A stretch of DNA of 64,000 nucleotides from Guillardia theta CCMP2712 (Eukaryota; Protista; Cryptophyta): contig NW_005434652.1 in assembly GCF_000315625.1 (NCBI RefSeq), positions 504,156 to 568,155 of the forward strand, given 5' to 3'. Of the stretch, positions 1 through 12,589 are shown in pieces. The notes beneath the pieces were generated by a model, which ran no database searches, had not been told where the DNA came from, and was given only the letters and a program-made list of their open reading frames with translations. Position numbers and translations under genes: made by a program. Position 1 is the first letter of the stretch. The number at the start of each line of letters is the position of its first letter.

Positions 1-82
1 CACCTCGGAGTTCTCGAGCGGGGGGGGATATGAACCCCAATTGCTCCGAATGAAAGAGGAGGCAGAAACATGCTCCAAGTTT

Positions 83-3000
83 TTACTTGCAGGTTCTGGG
101 CCCTGTTACTTCCTCCTCCTCCTCCTCCTCCTCCTCCTCCGTATCTTTCTCCTCACTCTGCCACTGCCCCACCTTCTTGAGCATGTGGGAGTACTTGTCC
201 ACGAGGGCTGGCTGCTTCAGTCGCTTGTAGATGGCGACCAGCTGGGTCAGCGCATCCTTCCTCTCCGCCTCTGAGGGCTGCACTTCATGCTCCAACACCT
301 GCGTCCTCGTCAACAGCGGCAGCACTCAACCTCCCCTCCTCTCTCCGCTCCTTTCATTCCTCCCCTCCCCTCCACTCTCCTCTCCTCCCTCCCTCCGCAC
401 CTGCCGACAAGCTTCGGCGGCAGCAGGTAGGTCGTTCTCTCCCAGGCACGTCTGGGCGAGGAGGAGGTGAAGCGCCGCACGGTTGCTCGTCTCGAGGGCT
501 CTGCGGAGGGTGGAGGACGCGAGGCTGAAGATGCCGGCCTTGACCTGCAGCCTCGCCATCTGCTCTAGGATGAAAGTCCCTACGGGGAACGTCTCTGACG
601 TCGATAGCCCCAGCTTGAGCGCCTGCTGCAGGGCCAGCTCGCTCTCGTCCGGTTTCCCGGCCTCCATGGCGATCACCGAGAGCATCCCCCACACCTGCGG
701 GTTCGACGGGTCGAGGATGTTCGCCTCACACAGCGCCTCCTCAGCCTGCCCGAGCTCGTTCTGCTTGTAGCAGGCGAGGCCCAGGGCCAGCCAGGAGGAG
801 GCGGAGGGGAGGAGCTTGCACGCCTTGATCGCCACATCCTTGGCCTCGTAGAACTTGCCGGTCCACAGGTAGAGGCGGCAGAGCCGGAGGTACTGCAGGG
901 GCTCGAGGTTGGGGCTGCGCTGACCCATCGCTTTCTCGTAGAAGCTCATGACCTCCTTGCCCGACGAGCTCGCGGGCTTGTCGCAGCTCAGCGTGTCCCA
1001 GCGGCCCTCGAGGAAGAGCGCATGCCCCAACAGCGTCATGGCGACCGCGTGCCTCTTGTCCTTGCCCAAGATGCCGTCGGGGGGCAGCAGCATCTCCTTG
1101 ACCCTCTCCAGCTGCCGGACTGACAAGTAGGTCTTCGCCAGCAGGATCTCAAACTCCTGGCTGGGCCCGTTCTTGACAAGGTCCTGTCAACGAGGCTCAG
1201 GTGGGGCCTTGCTGAATCTTCCTGTACCTGAGCAGCTGCTCTCTCCACGAGTTGCACTGCATGCAGCTCGGAGGCGAAGAGTCCGCGCGGATGTAGGCGC
1301 TGCAGCAGCAGCGTAAGAGGNNNNNNNNNNNNNNNNNNNNNNNNNNNNNNNNNNNNNNNNNNNNNNNNNNNNNNNNNNNNNNNNNNNNNNNNNNNNNNNN
1401 NNNNNNNNNNNNNNNNNNNNNNNNNNNNNNNNNNNNNNNNNNNNNNNNNNNNNNNNNNNNNNNNNNNNNNNNNNNNNNNNNNNNNNNNNNNNNNNNNNNN
1501 NNNNNNNNNNNNNNNNNNNNNNNNNNNNNNNNNNNNNNNNNNNNNNNNNNNNNNNNNNNNNNNNNNNNNNNNNNNNNNNNNNNNNNNNNNNNNNNNNNNN
1601 NNNNNNNNNNNNNNNNNNNNNNNNNNNNNNNNNNNNNNNNNNNNNNNNNNNNNNNNNNNNNNNNNNNNNNNNNNNNNNNNNNNNNNNNNNNNNNNNNNNN
1701 NNNNNNNNNNNNNNNNNNGGAGGAGGAGGAGGAGGAGGAGGAGAGAGAGAGAGAGAGAGAGGGTGAGCTGGAGGAGGAGGAGGAAGGGGGGGGGGGGGGA
1801 GGAAGTGGAGGTGGCAGTGGACAAGGAGGAGGAGGAGAAGCGACCTTGAAGTAAGTCTCTGCATCGGCATATCGATTCATAGTGCACAGCAGGACTCCGT
1901 AGCTCATGAGCGCCTGGATATGTCGGGGGTCGAGCATGAGCGCCTCTCGCAGGCACTCCTCCGCCTTCTCAGGCATGCCAGCGCGGATGCAGAAGGTCCC
2001 GTAGTCGAACCAGAGGACGGCGTCGGAGGCGTCGGTGATGATGCGCTGGTTGAGGTGGGAGGCAGCAAGGTGGAGATCCTGGTTCATTTCTGCCTCGATC
2101 GCCAGCCTCATCTGCTCCCTCAGGTACTTCTTCTTGGCTTCTTCCGAGCGCTCGACGGCTGAGATCTTCTTCGGGGGGCAAGACCTTGTTGAGGTTGCTG
2201 TTCATGAGCTCTTGCAGGTAGACGTACAGCTGGGAGATGAACTGGAGCAGGGTGAGAGTAAGAGAGAGGAGAGCGGATCAGATGGAGGAGGAGGAGGAGG
2301 AGGAGAGGTAGGAAGGAGGAGGAGGAGAAGGAGGAGGAGGAGGAGGAGGAGGAGAGGTAGGAAGGAGGAAGGGGAGGGGGAGGGGGAGGAAGTAGAGGGA
2401 TAGGAGGAGGAAAGTGGAGGAAGACGCCATCACCTTCTTTCCTTCCTCCGACGTCGCATCAAGACCTGACTTGTGAAATTTCTCATGAATCAGGCGAACG
2501 ATGCTCTTCTTCAGTCTCTCCTTGTAGTCATAGTACTTCCCAGATGAGTTCAGATGAAAGATAGCCTGCAGGAAAGTAGCCGGTCAACACCAAGGTGCGA
2601 CACTGATGATGCAGGATGCATTTCTGTGGGGGAGGAGGAGGGGATGAAGAGAGGGGGTGGGGGGAGAGAGGAGGAGGAGGAGGAATACGTCTTGCCCAAC
2701 CTGCTGTCGTCTTGCCTCCATCCCTTCCGCTGAGATGTTGGAGCTGACTTCGCCGAGGAACATCTCATGGTACTCGTCCGCCAACTGGTAGATGATCTCC
2801 TTGACATCGTCGCCGAACTGATCGGCAGCTGACAGTGGTTTCTCAACCACATCCACGGGAGGCCGGGTAGGGAGCAAGTCCCCGACTTTGGGCAGGACGG
2901 GTGGAGGAGGCTTCGGCTTCTCGAAGAGCGGGTTCAGCAGCTCGATCTCCAGCAGGAGGTAGGTCTCAGCGAGCAGGTAAGGATTCGCGTCCTCGTCCTC

Positions 3001-4901
3001 CTCAGGCTCCCCACCAGGTGGAGGACAGGCCTCGAGCTCCTCCGGGGTCGGCCGCGCGTAATCGTCCGCAGGCTGGACGGCACAGCGGCAGACGACCTTG
3101 GTCTCTCCGGGCACCAGCAACTTGTCGCAGTCCACGTAGACAACACCGTGATACTTCTTGGCGTACACGTAGTCCTCCCCACTCCGCAGCTGCCTCCTAA
3201 GATCGATGGACAGAGCGTTGCGACTCGAGAGCATCTTGAACGGCAAGGGTCAGACCCCTTCCAAATTCCCTTTCCCCTCACCTTCTTCAGGTTGCTCGTC
3301 GCCGATCCACGAATGACTCCCCGGTGCTGGTGATCGAAGACTATACGCGCATCTGTCTTCTCGTTCCTTGCAAACACCTGATCGGCAGATGAGATACTTT
3401 CACTGCCAGACAAGCCCGAGAACCCGTTACCCACCTTGGACTCAGTCCGTTGGATTTCAAACGTCTCATCATCTTCCTCCTCTTTCTCCACTTTCTCCCC
3501 CCCTTCCTTCGTTTCTTGACCTTGCTCTGCATTTTCAGGCTCTGCAGGCTCGGCGCCTGCCTTGGCGATCGCCCTTCCAGGCTCTGCCTTGAGCTCGAGG
3601 ATTTGATCCTCCCCTGGCAACGAGTAGAGCAGCGAGTAGATGTAGTCGTGAGCGTCCTCCTGCTTGTCCTCGCTGGGGCCCCACAGCGGCGGCAGCTGGT
3701 GCAGGGAATGAAGTTTGACGGAGAGCAGGTTGAGGCTGGGCAGCTCGTCAGGGGGAACGAGCATCTCCGACAGCGCAATCTTGATGAAGACCTGTCAAAG
3801 CAAGTCAACTCAACCACGAGCTCCCTGCTCCCCATCACCGCGGCCTCTGCCGGGAAGGAGTCTCCCTCGCCGCCCTCCTCCCCCCGCACGAGGGGATACC
3901 ATCCTTGGACGAAAGACCCAGGGTGACCGGGGAGGAACTCCTCTTCGTCTGGGTCATCAGGGGTGGGTTCTTGCTTCCATACAAGGTGCTTCAGGGGCAC
4001 AACGACTTTAGCTGGTGCCGCGAGACCTGAAGAGGCCGTGAGCAGGAGGGGCGAGGAGCAGCTTCATTGCCTTCCACTGTGAACTCGATCGGCTCCGTGA
4101 TGAGCTTGAAGAGCAGGTAGTCCGACACAGCAGGGACCTTGAACTCAGCTTGGAAATCGTACTTGTGCTCTGTGCCGGGTTGTGGGGATTCGAACTCAGT
4201 TGTCGAGCCTGATAACCAGGGAGACTAAGGTAAGAGAAGAGTAGAGGGAAGGACAAGCAAGGGCTCGATACCAGCTACCAGCCCTAAGGTTTCAGATTCC
4301 TCCGATTCACCCTCAATGAGCTGAAGGGGGGAAGGCAACAACACCGTCAGGCACAAGCCTATCGCCAACACAAGCACGCTGGACCTCGTCCTTGACGAGC
4401 GTGTATCTGAATGAGACCTTGGATGTCGAGTCCTCCGGGAGACCCCGACATGACCTGATGTAGACGTTCAACTTCCTGTAGGAAGAGCTTGTGCCGTCTG
4501 CACAACAGGGTCAACAAGTACTGGCATGTTGCTCTTCGTTTCCTGCACACCTTCTGGTGACTCGTTGGGCACGGCCTCTGTCTCGGGGGCTTCACCCTCC
4601 CCGGACATCTCAGAGAAGAGATCTGCCGTTACCACGAAGAAGTCAATTCAGGTTCGAAAGTGCATTCCGCGGGGTACAGCGGTATCGAAACCTCTGTATG
4701 CTCCTATTTTTCGATTCCATGCTTACTTTCCTGATGCGTATTGGTATCCTCCCTAAAATTCCTAGGTTTGCTGCCTCCTTAACTACCCCACGACATCGTT
4801 CACCCTTGATTTGTTCATTGTCAACCTTGCAGTTTGACGTCCTTGACCTTTCCTTCATGGTTTCCCTTATCATTCCTCCACACCTCCTCCATACTACTCA
4901 T
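83..4901 (-). CDS. CFAP70: Cilia- and flagella-associated protein 70 (TTC18), C-terminal TPR repeats; multi-exon, spans N-gap 1321-1718, 3' end may run past window start
   Basis: Spliced segments KYHGVVYVDCDKLLVPG, LNSSGKYYDYKERLKKSIVRLI, QLYVYLQELMNSNLNKV and EQMRLAIEAEMNQDLHLAASHLNQRI...LWFDYGTFC match remembered CFAP70 motifs in the right order. TPR helices follow (SSWLALGLACYKQNELGQAEEALCEANILDPSNPQVWG). Start codon is approximate. Confidence 0.82.
1321..1718. other. Assembly gap (N run) within CFAP70, next to GAG/GA microsatellite
   Basis: Run of n characters. Confidence 0.99.
2285..2412 (+). repeat. (GAG)n/purine-rich microsatellite in a CFAP70 intron
   Basis: ggaggaggagg... tract. 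Confidence 0.9.
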
Positions 4902-4908
4902 CGTTTCC

Positions 4909-4970
4909 TCTCTGTCTCTCTGTCTCTGTCTCTCTGTCTCTCTGTCTCTCTGTCTCTCTGTCTCTCTGTC
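4909..4970 (+). repeat. (TCTCTG/TCTG)n microsatellite just upstream of CFAP70
   Basis: tctgtctctctgtctctgtc... tract. Confidence 0.9.
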
Positions 4971-5602
4971 TTTCCGTCTCCTCTCCTCCTCCTTCCTGGC
5001 TTCCGCAGTTCCTCTCCTTCGCCTGCATTCAACGATTTCAACGCACACCCCAAACTTTGCAACGAAACTTCGAACAATTAGAGCTAAACTTTGCACTTTC
5101 AAACTTTCCGAACTGAGCGGCCGGGCCCCGGCCCTGTGACCGGGCGCGGCCGGGCGCTGCAGCCGCGGCCTCCGAATCACCCTTTACTCAAACTTAATCA
5201 CAGTAGTATAGTGCGTAGGCCCGGCCGTCGAGTCTCAGAGCGCCGAGGCCAAGTCCGGATCCCTCATCGGGATGACGCCCGGCCATTCAAGACCCGGCCC
5301 GGGCAGTGCCACGGTTCAACGGTTGACGCCGGGTTGAGTGAGTGGCCGCTGGCATTGCCGCTGAATCACGGCGGCCGCCAGCTCATATCGTCACAATCAA
5401 CCTCTTCAAATTTCTCATATGATAATTCATTCCAATTACAAGTAGGATCACGATCACAACTACGCGGCAGCGCCGGATTGCCACGCCCCGGGCCCGCCAC
5501 CAGGATCATCGATCATCATCGGATTTCGTATCAGTGAGCACCATGATGCAATCATGTTGAAAAATTCCGAGCATCACAGTGTCAAGTTTTCTAACGCGCC
5601 AG

Positions 5603-6925
5603 TTAGATTCTATATCGTTGAAGTTCTTTGGACGTGAATTCCTCGCTGTCTCCATCCTCGTACTGTATCATGTACAGCTTCGCTGCTGCATCGTAAGACA
5701 CGACCTTCCCAGTGAATTCTTGCATTCTGTTCTTCACAAGGAAGCCTTTGCGGACCTTGGTGCCTATCATAGAGATGATCTTCTCGGGGGTCTTGCTGAC
5801 CTTAGGCCTTTTGCCTCTCCTCGAAGTCTCAGGCTTCTCAGAGTTCTCCATCTTCATCGACAAGCGCTTTCCTCTCAACGTGCTGGCGATCTCCAGCTCC
5901 TCGACAGCTGGGTTCTTGATCTCAGCCTCACGATCGGAGTCGTCCACGTCATCAATGGCGAATTCGTTCCTCTTGTTGATGCTAGAAGGTGACTGCTTCT
6001 GCTTGTCTTTGCTCGATTCCGACGATTGCCTTTTCAGCAGCCCGCTGAAACTCTTGCCGGGACTCTTGGAGTTGGAGTACTTCCTTCCTCCGACCCTCTC
6101 TCTTACCTTTCCCGTAGAAAGTCCGGGGCTACCATCCTTCACGGAATCTCCAGGGCTCCCAAGGGCAAGCAAGCTCGGAGAAACCGCAGTTGTGTTCTTC
6201 ACGTTCTCAATAAACTTTTCTTTGACGGTCTTCCTGGATTTCTCCGGAGTCATCTCACGGGCACGGGCTTCAAGAGCGTTCCTCATCACCGCCATAAGAA
6301 CCTCTTTTCCTTCCCGGTCACCACTCTCCTCAAAGAGCTTGTCGTGAATGCTCCGAAGCAATTCATTTGCCTTCTTCCCCAGAGCTCGCAATGGCATGTT
6401 GTACTTGTTTTTGCACTGTAGACACTCTACCACTGATGTCTTCGTGCCCAGATCCGCATTAGTACACAGGCAGCACAACCTTCGCTCACTTCCATTTTCG
6501 CTCGAATCCTTGTTTTTGAGTCCACATTTCATTGGATTCTTGGAGCTCGGCTCGACCCGAATGTTGCATTGGGAACAGTCATATTGTGGAAGTGGCTGAT
6601 TGGACAACTTAGAGCCCATGGTTGTTGCCCTGCAAGAAATAGAATCAATACAGTGCTTGGGACAAAAACCTATCGTACGAAATCCTGCTGTATGAAAATG
6701 CACTGCGATTCTTGATGTACACACTCTCCGCTGCGTATCTTAGACATAATCTTGAGAAGTTCTCTGAATTCACTGTCTCAAACTCGACCTTTCCATCCTC
6801 CTTAGTGCAACTCTTGTCCAAACAGAAAATCCTCCTCGCCTCTGTTGCTACACCTCATGCTTGTTCCTAGACGCGTTCACACATGCAATCTCTTCTAGTT
6901 CTTGTATCTCTGTGGAGAAGGGCAT
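5603..6925 (-). CDS. Putative chromatin protein: Cys-rich (zinc-binding) N-terminal region, basic/acidic linker, C-terminal Tudor-like domain (PTM/DIR17-type)
   Basis: C-terminus IGTKVRKGF...FTGKVVSYDAAAKLYMIQYEDGDSEEF is a typical Tudor-like signature. CSQC...CCLC...CLQC pairs lie upstream. Two short GT-AG introns join in frame to an ATG at 6925. Confidence 0.65.
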
Positions 6926-6943
6926 GACGCCTTATAATCTCTT

Positions 6944-6998
6944 CCTGCCTGCCTTCCTGCCTGCCTTCCTGCCTGCCTTCCTGCCTTCCTGCCTGCCT

Positions 6999-7039
<41 letters not shown>

Positions 7040-7040
7040 C
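6944..7040 (+). repeat. (CCTG/CCTT)n microsatellite between divergent genes
   Basis: cctgccttcctgcctg... tract. Confidence 0.95.
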
Positions 7041-7184
7041 GTGTCATGCTTCCACTCATTCCCATCCCACATGAATGTGATAGCCTCTCAGATTCAAATC
7101 GAAAGAAGCAACTCCAGTCCGCCTCAGAGTGTCACTTGGGATCTGCGGAAGACAGCAAATCCACTCTCTCCGCCAGCCTCGGAA

Positions 7185-8439
7185 ATGGCACCGGCGCCAT
7201 GGAAGATTCAAGCCCAGGCAATGAGCGAGGATGCGGGGAGACAGGGTTGCAGGAGCATGAGCAGAGTCAGGAACATGAGAATGGGAAGGGTAAAGGGTTT
7301 GAGGAGGAGGGGCGTGCCTAGGGCGGGGCGGGGCGGGGCGGGAAGAAGGGAGACAATGTAAGGGAAACGGATGGGAAAGGGCTTGTCTGTCGAGCTTCAA
7401 GCACTTGATTCACGTCTGATCAACGCAGCAGAACTTGAGCTGGATCGTTCTCGCGGTTGTGATTTCCTTCCCGATACGGATAATCAGGCAGGCAAACTCG
7501 GTGAGCAGCGACGAGCAGGCGGAGGCAAGCTGGACGAGTGATAAGGTGGGGCTCAGGTGGACCTGATCGGGCAGATCATAGCCCTCGGCTGCTCCGTCCT
7601 CGTCAACATGATCCTGTGGATCGGGATGGCGCGGGGGGAGCCGAGCTCACGTCACCTTGCAGGTGTGCAACGCAGGTGGTCACCGTCGTCAACTTGTACG
7701 AGTACTCCAAGGACCATATGTGACCCTGCCATTGCTGTGCTGCCACGTGGCGCTGAGATGGTGCCTGCGAAGAAACCACTTCGACGTCGAGAAGTCTCTT
7801 TCAAGGCTGCTCTTTCCTGAGCAGGTCCTGCAGGCAAGACCGAACGGGCGTCTTCCTTCCCGCGTTTAACGTGTTGAAACAAGATCGTCCTGACCATGCT
7901 GCATCTGTGGAACGGGACGTGGACGCATGCGATACTTCAGGTGAACCGACAGGCGAAGAAAGCCTGCTTGCTCTGTTAAAGCAAGTGGCCGGAGGTGTTT
8001 CACTGTTTGTCCTCAGCTTCCTCTGGCTCTTTGGCATTGCGCCTGTATTCTCTCTGGACGGCCTCCAATCCATGCTGTGCTAGGGTGCTCCGTTGACGAT
8101 GCTGATGAAACCGATTGATCTGAAGGTTGCTCACAGCGAGGGGCGAAAGTTTGATGAGCAAGTTCAGAGGATGAAGAAGTTCAACATACTCAAGGTGAAT
8201 AGCTCGCACTCATCTCTCGTGAAGTCTGATACCGCACTCGCAGGCAGCTCTCTATTGTGCCTCCATGATCTATGGCATCGTCGCCCTCTGTCCGTTGATC
8301 ATACAGGTGACGTCATCACTTCGAGTTCTTCACTCGCAGACTTTTGCTTGCACCACAGGGGATCATGGGAAGTAACGCGTTCAAGGCCGTCTTGCACGCT
8401 CTGAGGAGCAATTACATACCGAATCATTTATCCGGATAA
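7185..8439 (+). CDS. Hypothetical multi-pass membrane protein, multi-exon
   Basis: Hydrophobic exons (NLSWIVLAVVISFPIRII; LIGQIIALGCSVLVNMILWIGM; VSLFVLSFLWLF; ALYCASMIYGIVALCPLII) separated by short introns, some with GC donors. No family recognised. Confidence 0.5.
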
Positions 8440-8874
8440 CAGGAGACCCTCATTATATAGTCACGGGGGTTCATCGCTGAGAGATTATCATGCAATGTTA
8501 TCATGCAATTTACTTGGGGGACTCTTTTTTTGACAGAAAACAGTCCCGGGGAAGCTTTTTGATGCAGGATCCTGTGCGTTCGTACACTTCGCAAGTTTGC
8601 GTATCGCACAGACCAAACCTCTTTACTTGACCTCCATGGGATTGCCAAGCTCCGATTCCTTTGAGGGCGATCCGAAGAGGACCAGTTGTGTTATGGACGG
8701 TACAGCAGAGATTGCAAGACGGAGATTGCCAATATTCAGTGGCGGGATGACAAACCAAGCACCATGTAAATAGACCAAAACTGATTATGTGTCAGGTTTT
8801 GTTTAAAATCATAAATTTCCATTCAGTCTTGAAATACAAAATCTCTTCTCTAGTATCCTCTACAGTATGTTCAC

Positions 8875-10451
8875 TAATTACATCGTCTCGTTCCTTGTGG
8901 TCTTCGTGACACAAGTTCTGAGCAAAATCCTAAACCTTTACACGAATATACAACAGGTGTTGGCATTCTTGGATGGAAATAACAACGCAGGCAAATCGAT
9001 CACAAAAGCACGCAAAACTTGCAAATCCATATGATAGCAGTTGGTGGCAGAAGCGTAGTCAGCAACGGGCAAGCAGCAAAAGCGTCTGCACTCCCATGAG
9101 AGCCTCCTTGTCTAAGGGAGGCACACCCACTTGCTCGCCCTGGAACAAGAGTCAAACATTGCAAACCAAGACGAGATTCACGAGAGCGAAATTGAAGAGT
9201 GTATGCAAGGATGGGAGCATGTACCTTGGTATCTGACGACACAATGTTTTTCAGGGCCAAAGCGATTGGAGGGAGTCTGATATTCTTATCCATTTTGGCA
9301 ACCTGGACGTCTTCTCGTGGACCATGCCTATTCAGAACTGGATGATTGGCATCGTCCTGCAACTTTGGAGAATTTGGAACAGAATTCGGTCCAGCATTCG
9401 GGTTCTAGAGAGAGGTGGCACTTGCGTTAAAAGCCTTCCGGCACAAGAACACATGCAAACCTTGTTCAGAATGTCCATCAGAGATTGAAGCAATGAGTCG
9501 GTTTGGTCATTCATCGCTTCGTGACTTTCAGCATGACCCTGCAACCAGTGGGTCAGAAGCGGACTACATTGTTCACCAAAAAGAAGTTTACCTCATGTCG
9601 CTGTCGCTTGAAAGCTTTGAATTCTATTTCTATTTCATGGAATTCTTCAGCATTTCTCATGCTGAAAGTCTTGCAGGCCCTATCTAAAACTGTGGCCATC
9701 TTCCCAATCCTACATTCAAGATTCTGCATGATAGCATCTCAGTCAGAACTTGTCTCTCCATGTTCGCCAATCCACCTCTTGTCGAACTTTGCTTTCAACC
9801 ATTTGCGAATAAATCCTCTTATTTTCTTCTTCTTTTTCCATGAATACTGCTTCCAATTTCTTATGCTTCGATCTTTGGAAAATGTGAGACACAAAAACTT
9901 TCGATTGTAGCAGCAATCAAACCTGAGATCATGGATGTCGTTGAAAAGTTTATCAACAGCGGTTCTATCGAAGTCATTTTTCGAGCGTCCAAGTACTTCC
10001 TTCTCAGAAGCATTGTTTGTGGCAATCTTTCTTCGAATATCTTTGAAAAGGTGCTCGTTTCCTTGCCTGCGCAAGCGATGCAGTGCTAAAGTCAGATCAC
10101 GTGTGGAGTTCAGCATTGCTTGTACTTGAACATGGGATGAGCAAACTCGCAGACATCAGGCTCCTGAGATGTCTTGTGAAATCCATACAGGTTCAATTGT
10201 CGCACAAAGGATGCAAAGTTGCTGTGTTTGAAGTACCTGTTCAACAATCAGACATTCCAGAAATTTTGCTAACACTGCACAACGCACACGAAATACCTTG
10301 GCAAAATCTGGGTAGCAAAGCTCGAAGGATCAACAATAAGCAGCGCCTCGCCATTGGGGGACCAAGTCACGAAGGGTGCTGCCGATTGATCTTGAAGCAT
10401 CAATGCTAGTTTGCCGATGAAGGAGGGGACATTCTGTCTGTTTTCCTCCAT
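8875..10451 (-). CDS. HSF: Heat shock transcription factor (HSF-type DNA-binding domain), multi-exon
   Basis: [11 protein letters not shown]...[25 protein letters not shown]|[21 protein letters not shown]...EFAHPMF...HLFKDIRRK is the canonical HSF DBD. A coiled-coil-like region follows. The 3' end is approximate. Confidence 0.92.
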
Positions 10452-10480
10452 ACTATGTACGGAATGGAGACTGGTCGAAG

Positions 10481-10537
10481 AGAAATACTGTGTCGGTAAG
10501 ATATTGTATAGAAATACTGTGTCGGTAAGATATTGTA
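10481..10537 (+). repeat. Tandem duplication of 28-bp AGAAATACTGTGTCGGTAAGATATTGTA
   Basis: Exact copies at 10481-10508 and 10510-10537, 30-86 bp upstream of the HSF ATG. Confidence 0.95.
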
Positions 10538-12589
10538 CCAATCAGAGTCTATTCACAGAGCAAAACACTTCCTTCACGGCTTCAAGGCTTCCCGGTCATA
10601 TCTCATGTTGTATGTTGCTGATGAGCAAAAAGATTTGATGAGGCAGGTAATTGTGTTGCACGTATACACCTGTTGGATATGCAGTGCTGTGTGTTATATT
10701 CTTTTTCCAGGATACGAAGGTGTCTGTCTGAATATAGGGCAAGATAAGGCACGTTTGACAAGCTAAACTGATCACGAGCGAAGGCTAGGAGGGCAATTGC
10801 AGAAAGCGGCTTCTCCTCGGAGCGTTGTAGAGATACTGGGAGATGTTTGCAAGTATGCTAGAAAAACAAGGAACAAAAAGCAAGATGGCTGAGCACGAGG
10901 GCGGGAGGAAGGGCGGGAGGAAGGGCGGATCCTGGCAATGGCGGCTGTCAGAGACTCGAGGTGGTGGGGAAAACGGTTGAAGGAGACAGAAAACTGTTGC
11001 ACGTCGAGGAGGGAACGAAGGAAAGCGAGAAGGACGGGGTTGGTGCAAAGGAACAAGACAGCAAGGTTGAAGGGCAGGGTAAGGACTTGGGAGGACGGGG
11101 GAGGTTGGGGGAGGCAACGGGGCGGGCGAGGAGGAAACGATTCTGGTACTGTCACTTTGTTCGAAAAGAGATAGTTTCAATTCAATTTTATCTTGAAAAG
11201 ATCTTTTTTCATTTCGAAGCTCAATTATCTTCCTAGGACCCTGCTATGAAGCCTAATACTACTTCCTATCACCGCCCCGATAGGTCACAGTACCCCCAGC
11301 CAGGGCTGCAATCAGAAATCCCTGCATTCCTCCCATGATGGACATGTGCCATGGTGGTTGAAGATCTACCACCCTGAACCCATGTGTTGACTAAAAAACA
11401 TATTACAAATCTTATATATCAAACATCTCAATGATAGTAAATGATGTTATCATGTCATGGAATACTTGTTCTTCGGCACCCCTTCCAGATAAAAAGTATT
11501 TCAAGGGACAACCTGCACCCCAATTACCGAAAATTCTTCACCCCCATCATTTCCCACTACCCCACCCGGGCACAACTAGAACACTACCCTACCCCTGCGG
11601 AGTAATGCCATTCACCCCTATTTCTAGAGATATCATGATTCCACCCTACCCTCCGTCTTGCCAGTATCACAATGAATTACCCTAGGTGGTCATCACCACC
11701 CCTACCCCTACAAAATAGCCGAATCTTGTTCTCTACCCCATGAAACTGTAGTAAACAGTACGGTGGTCTCCTGAATCCCTGCAGCTGTTTGTCTTTCCAC
11801 CTCTACCCCCTAAAATCAAACTTTATCACCCCCTACCCCAACTTCAAGGTGTAACCCATCATAAAACTTTTATAAAAAAAGAAGGATCCGAAATCAGGGG
11901 ACTGTTCCACTCGCCTATCACCGCTCACCCAACCCCCACCCACCCCATCTTCCATTTCGCCTTGCGACTTGAATATCACCGGTCATTCAAATAACAAATT
12001 TGGGGGGGGGCCGGGTGGGGAGGGTAAGTCAGCCGGTGGCGGGAGATTATGGGAGATTGTGTGGTAAAAACAAGAAAGTTCTAATTGGAGGTGATGCGGA
12101 GGCTTCCTTCCTGGAGAAGCCTGAGGGAAGGGGTGAAAGGTCGGCGAGAGTATAAGTGAGGTCTCAGATAAAGAAGAGGAGGTCTGGACCTTTGCTGACT
12201 CAGAACAGCCTCGTCCTCAAGTCATGCCATGGCACGGCCCGACGCACGGTCGGTTGATCGAACAGCCGCCGGTCTAAAAGTTGGTCCGGGCCGCCGCACG
12301 GCGCCGCCGGCCTAGCCCGGCCGGCCCGGGGCCGCCCGGGCGACCAGTCACTATGGGAACAGACCGAAAAACCGGACTCGGACATCGCGAGATGTGGCCT
12401 CCCAGAGCATGGCAGCGAGGAGGTGGGGAGGACGTACAGCTGGAAGGGGAGGCGAGAGGAGAGGAGAATGGAAGGGGAGGCGAGATGAGAGGAGAACAAG
12501 GAGTACGGTCGAAAGATAAAGGGTGCATTGTAGCGCGCATCAGATATCAAAGAAGGGAAGGGTGAGAGGATTCTCGAAGAAGGGCAAGA

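Noticed and set aside
1036-1956. ORFs reading through the N-gap
   Set aside because: Artefacts of X translation and microsatellite; only the TPR frame is coherent.
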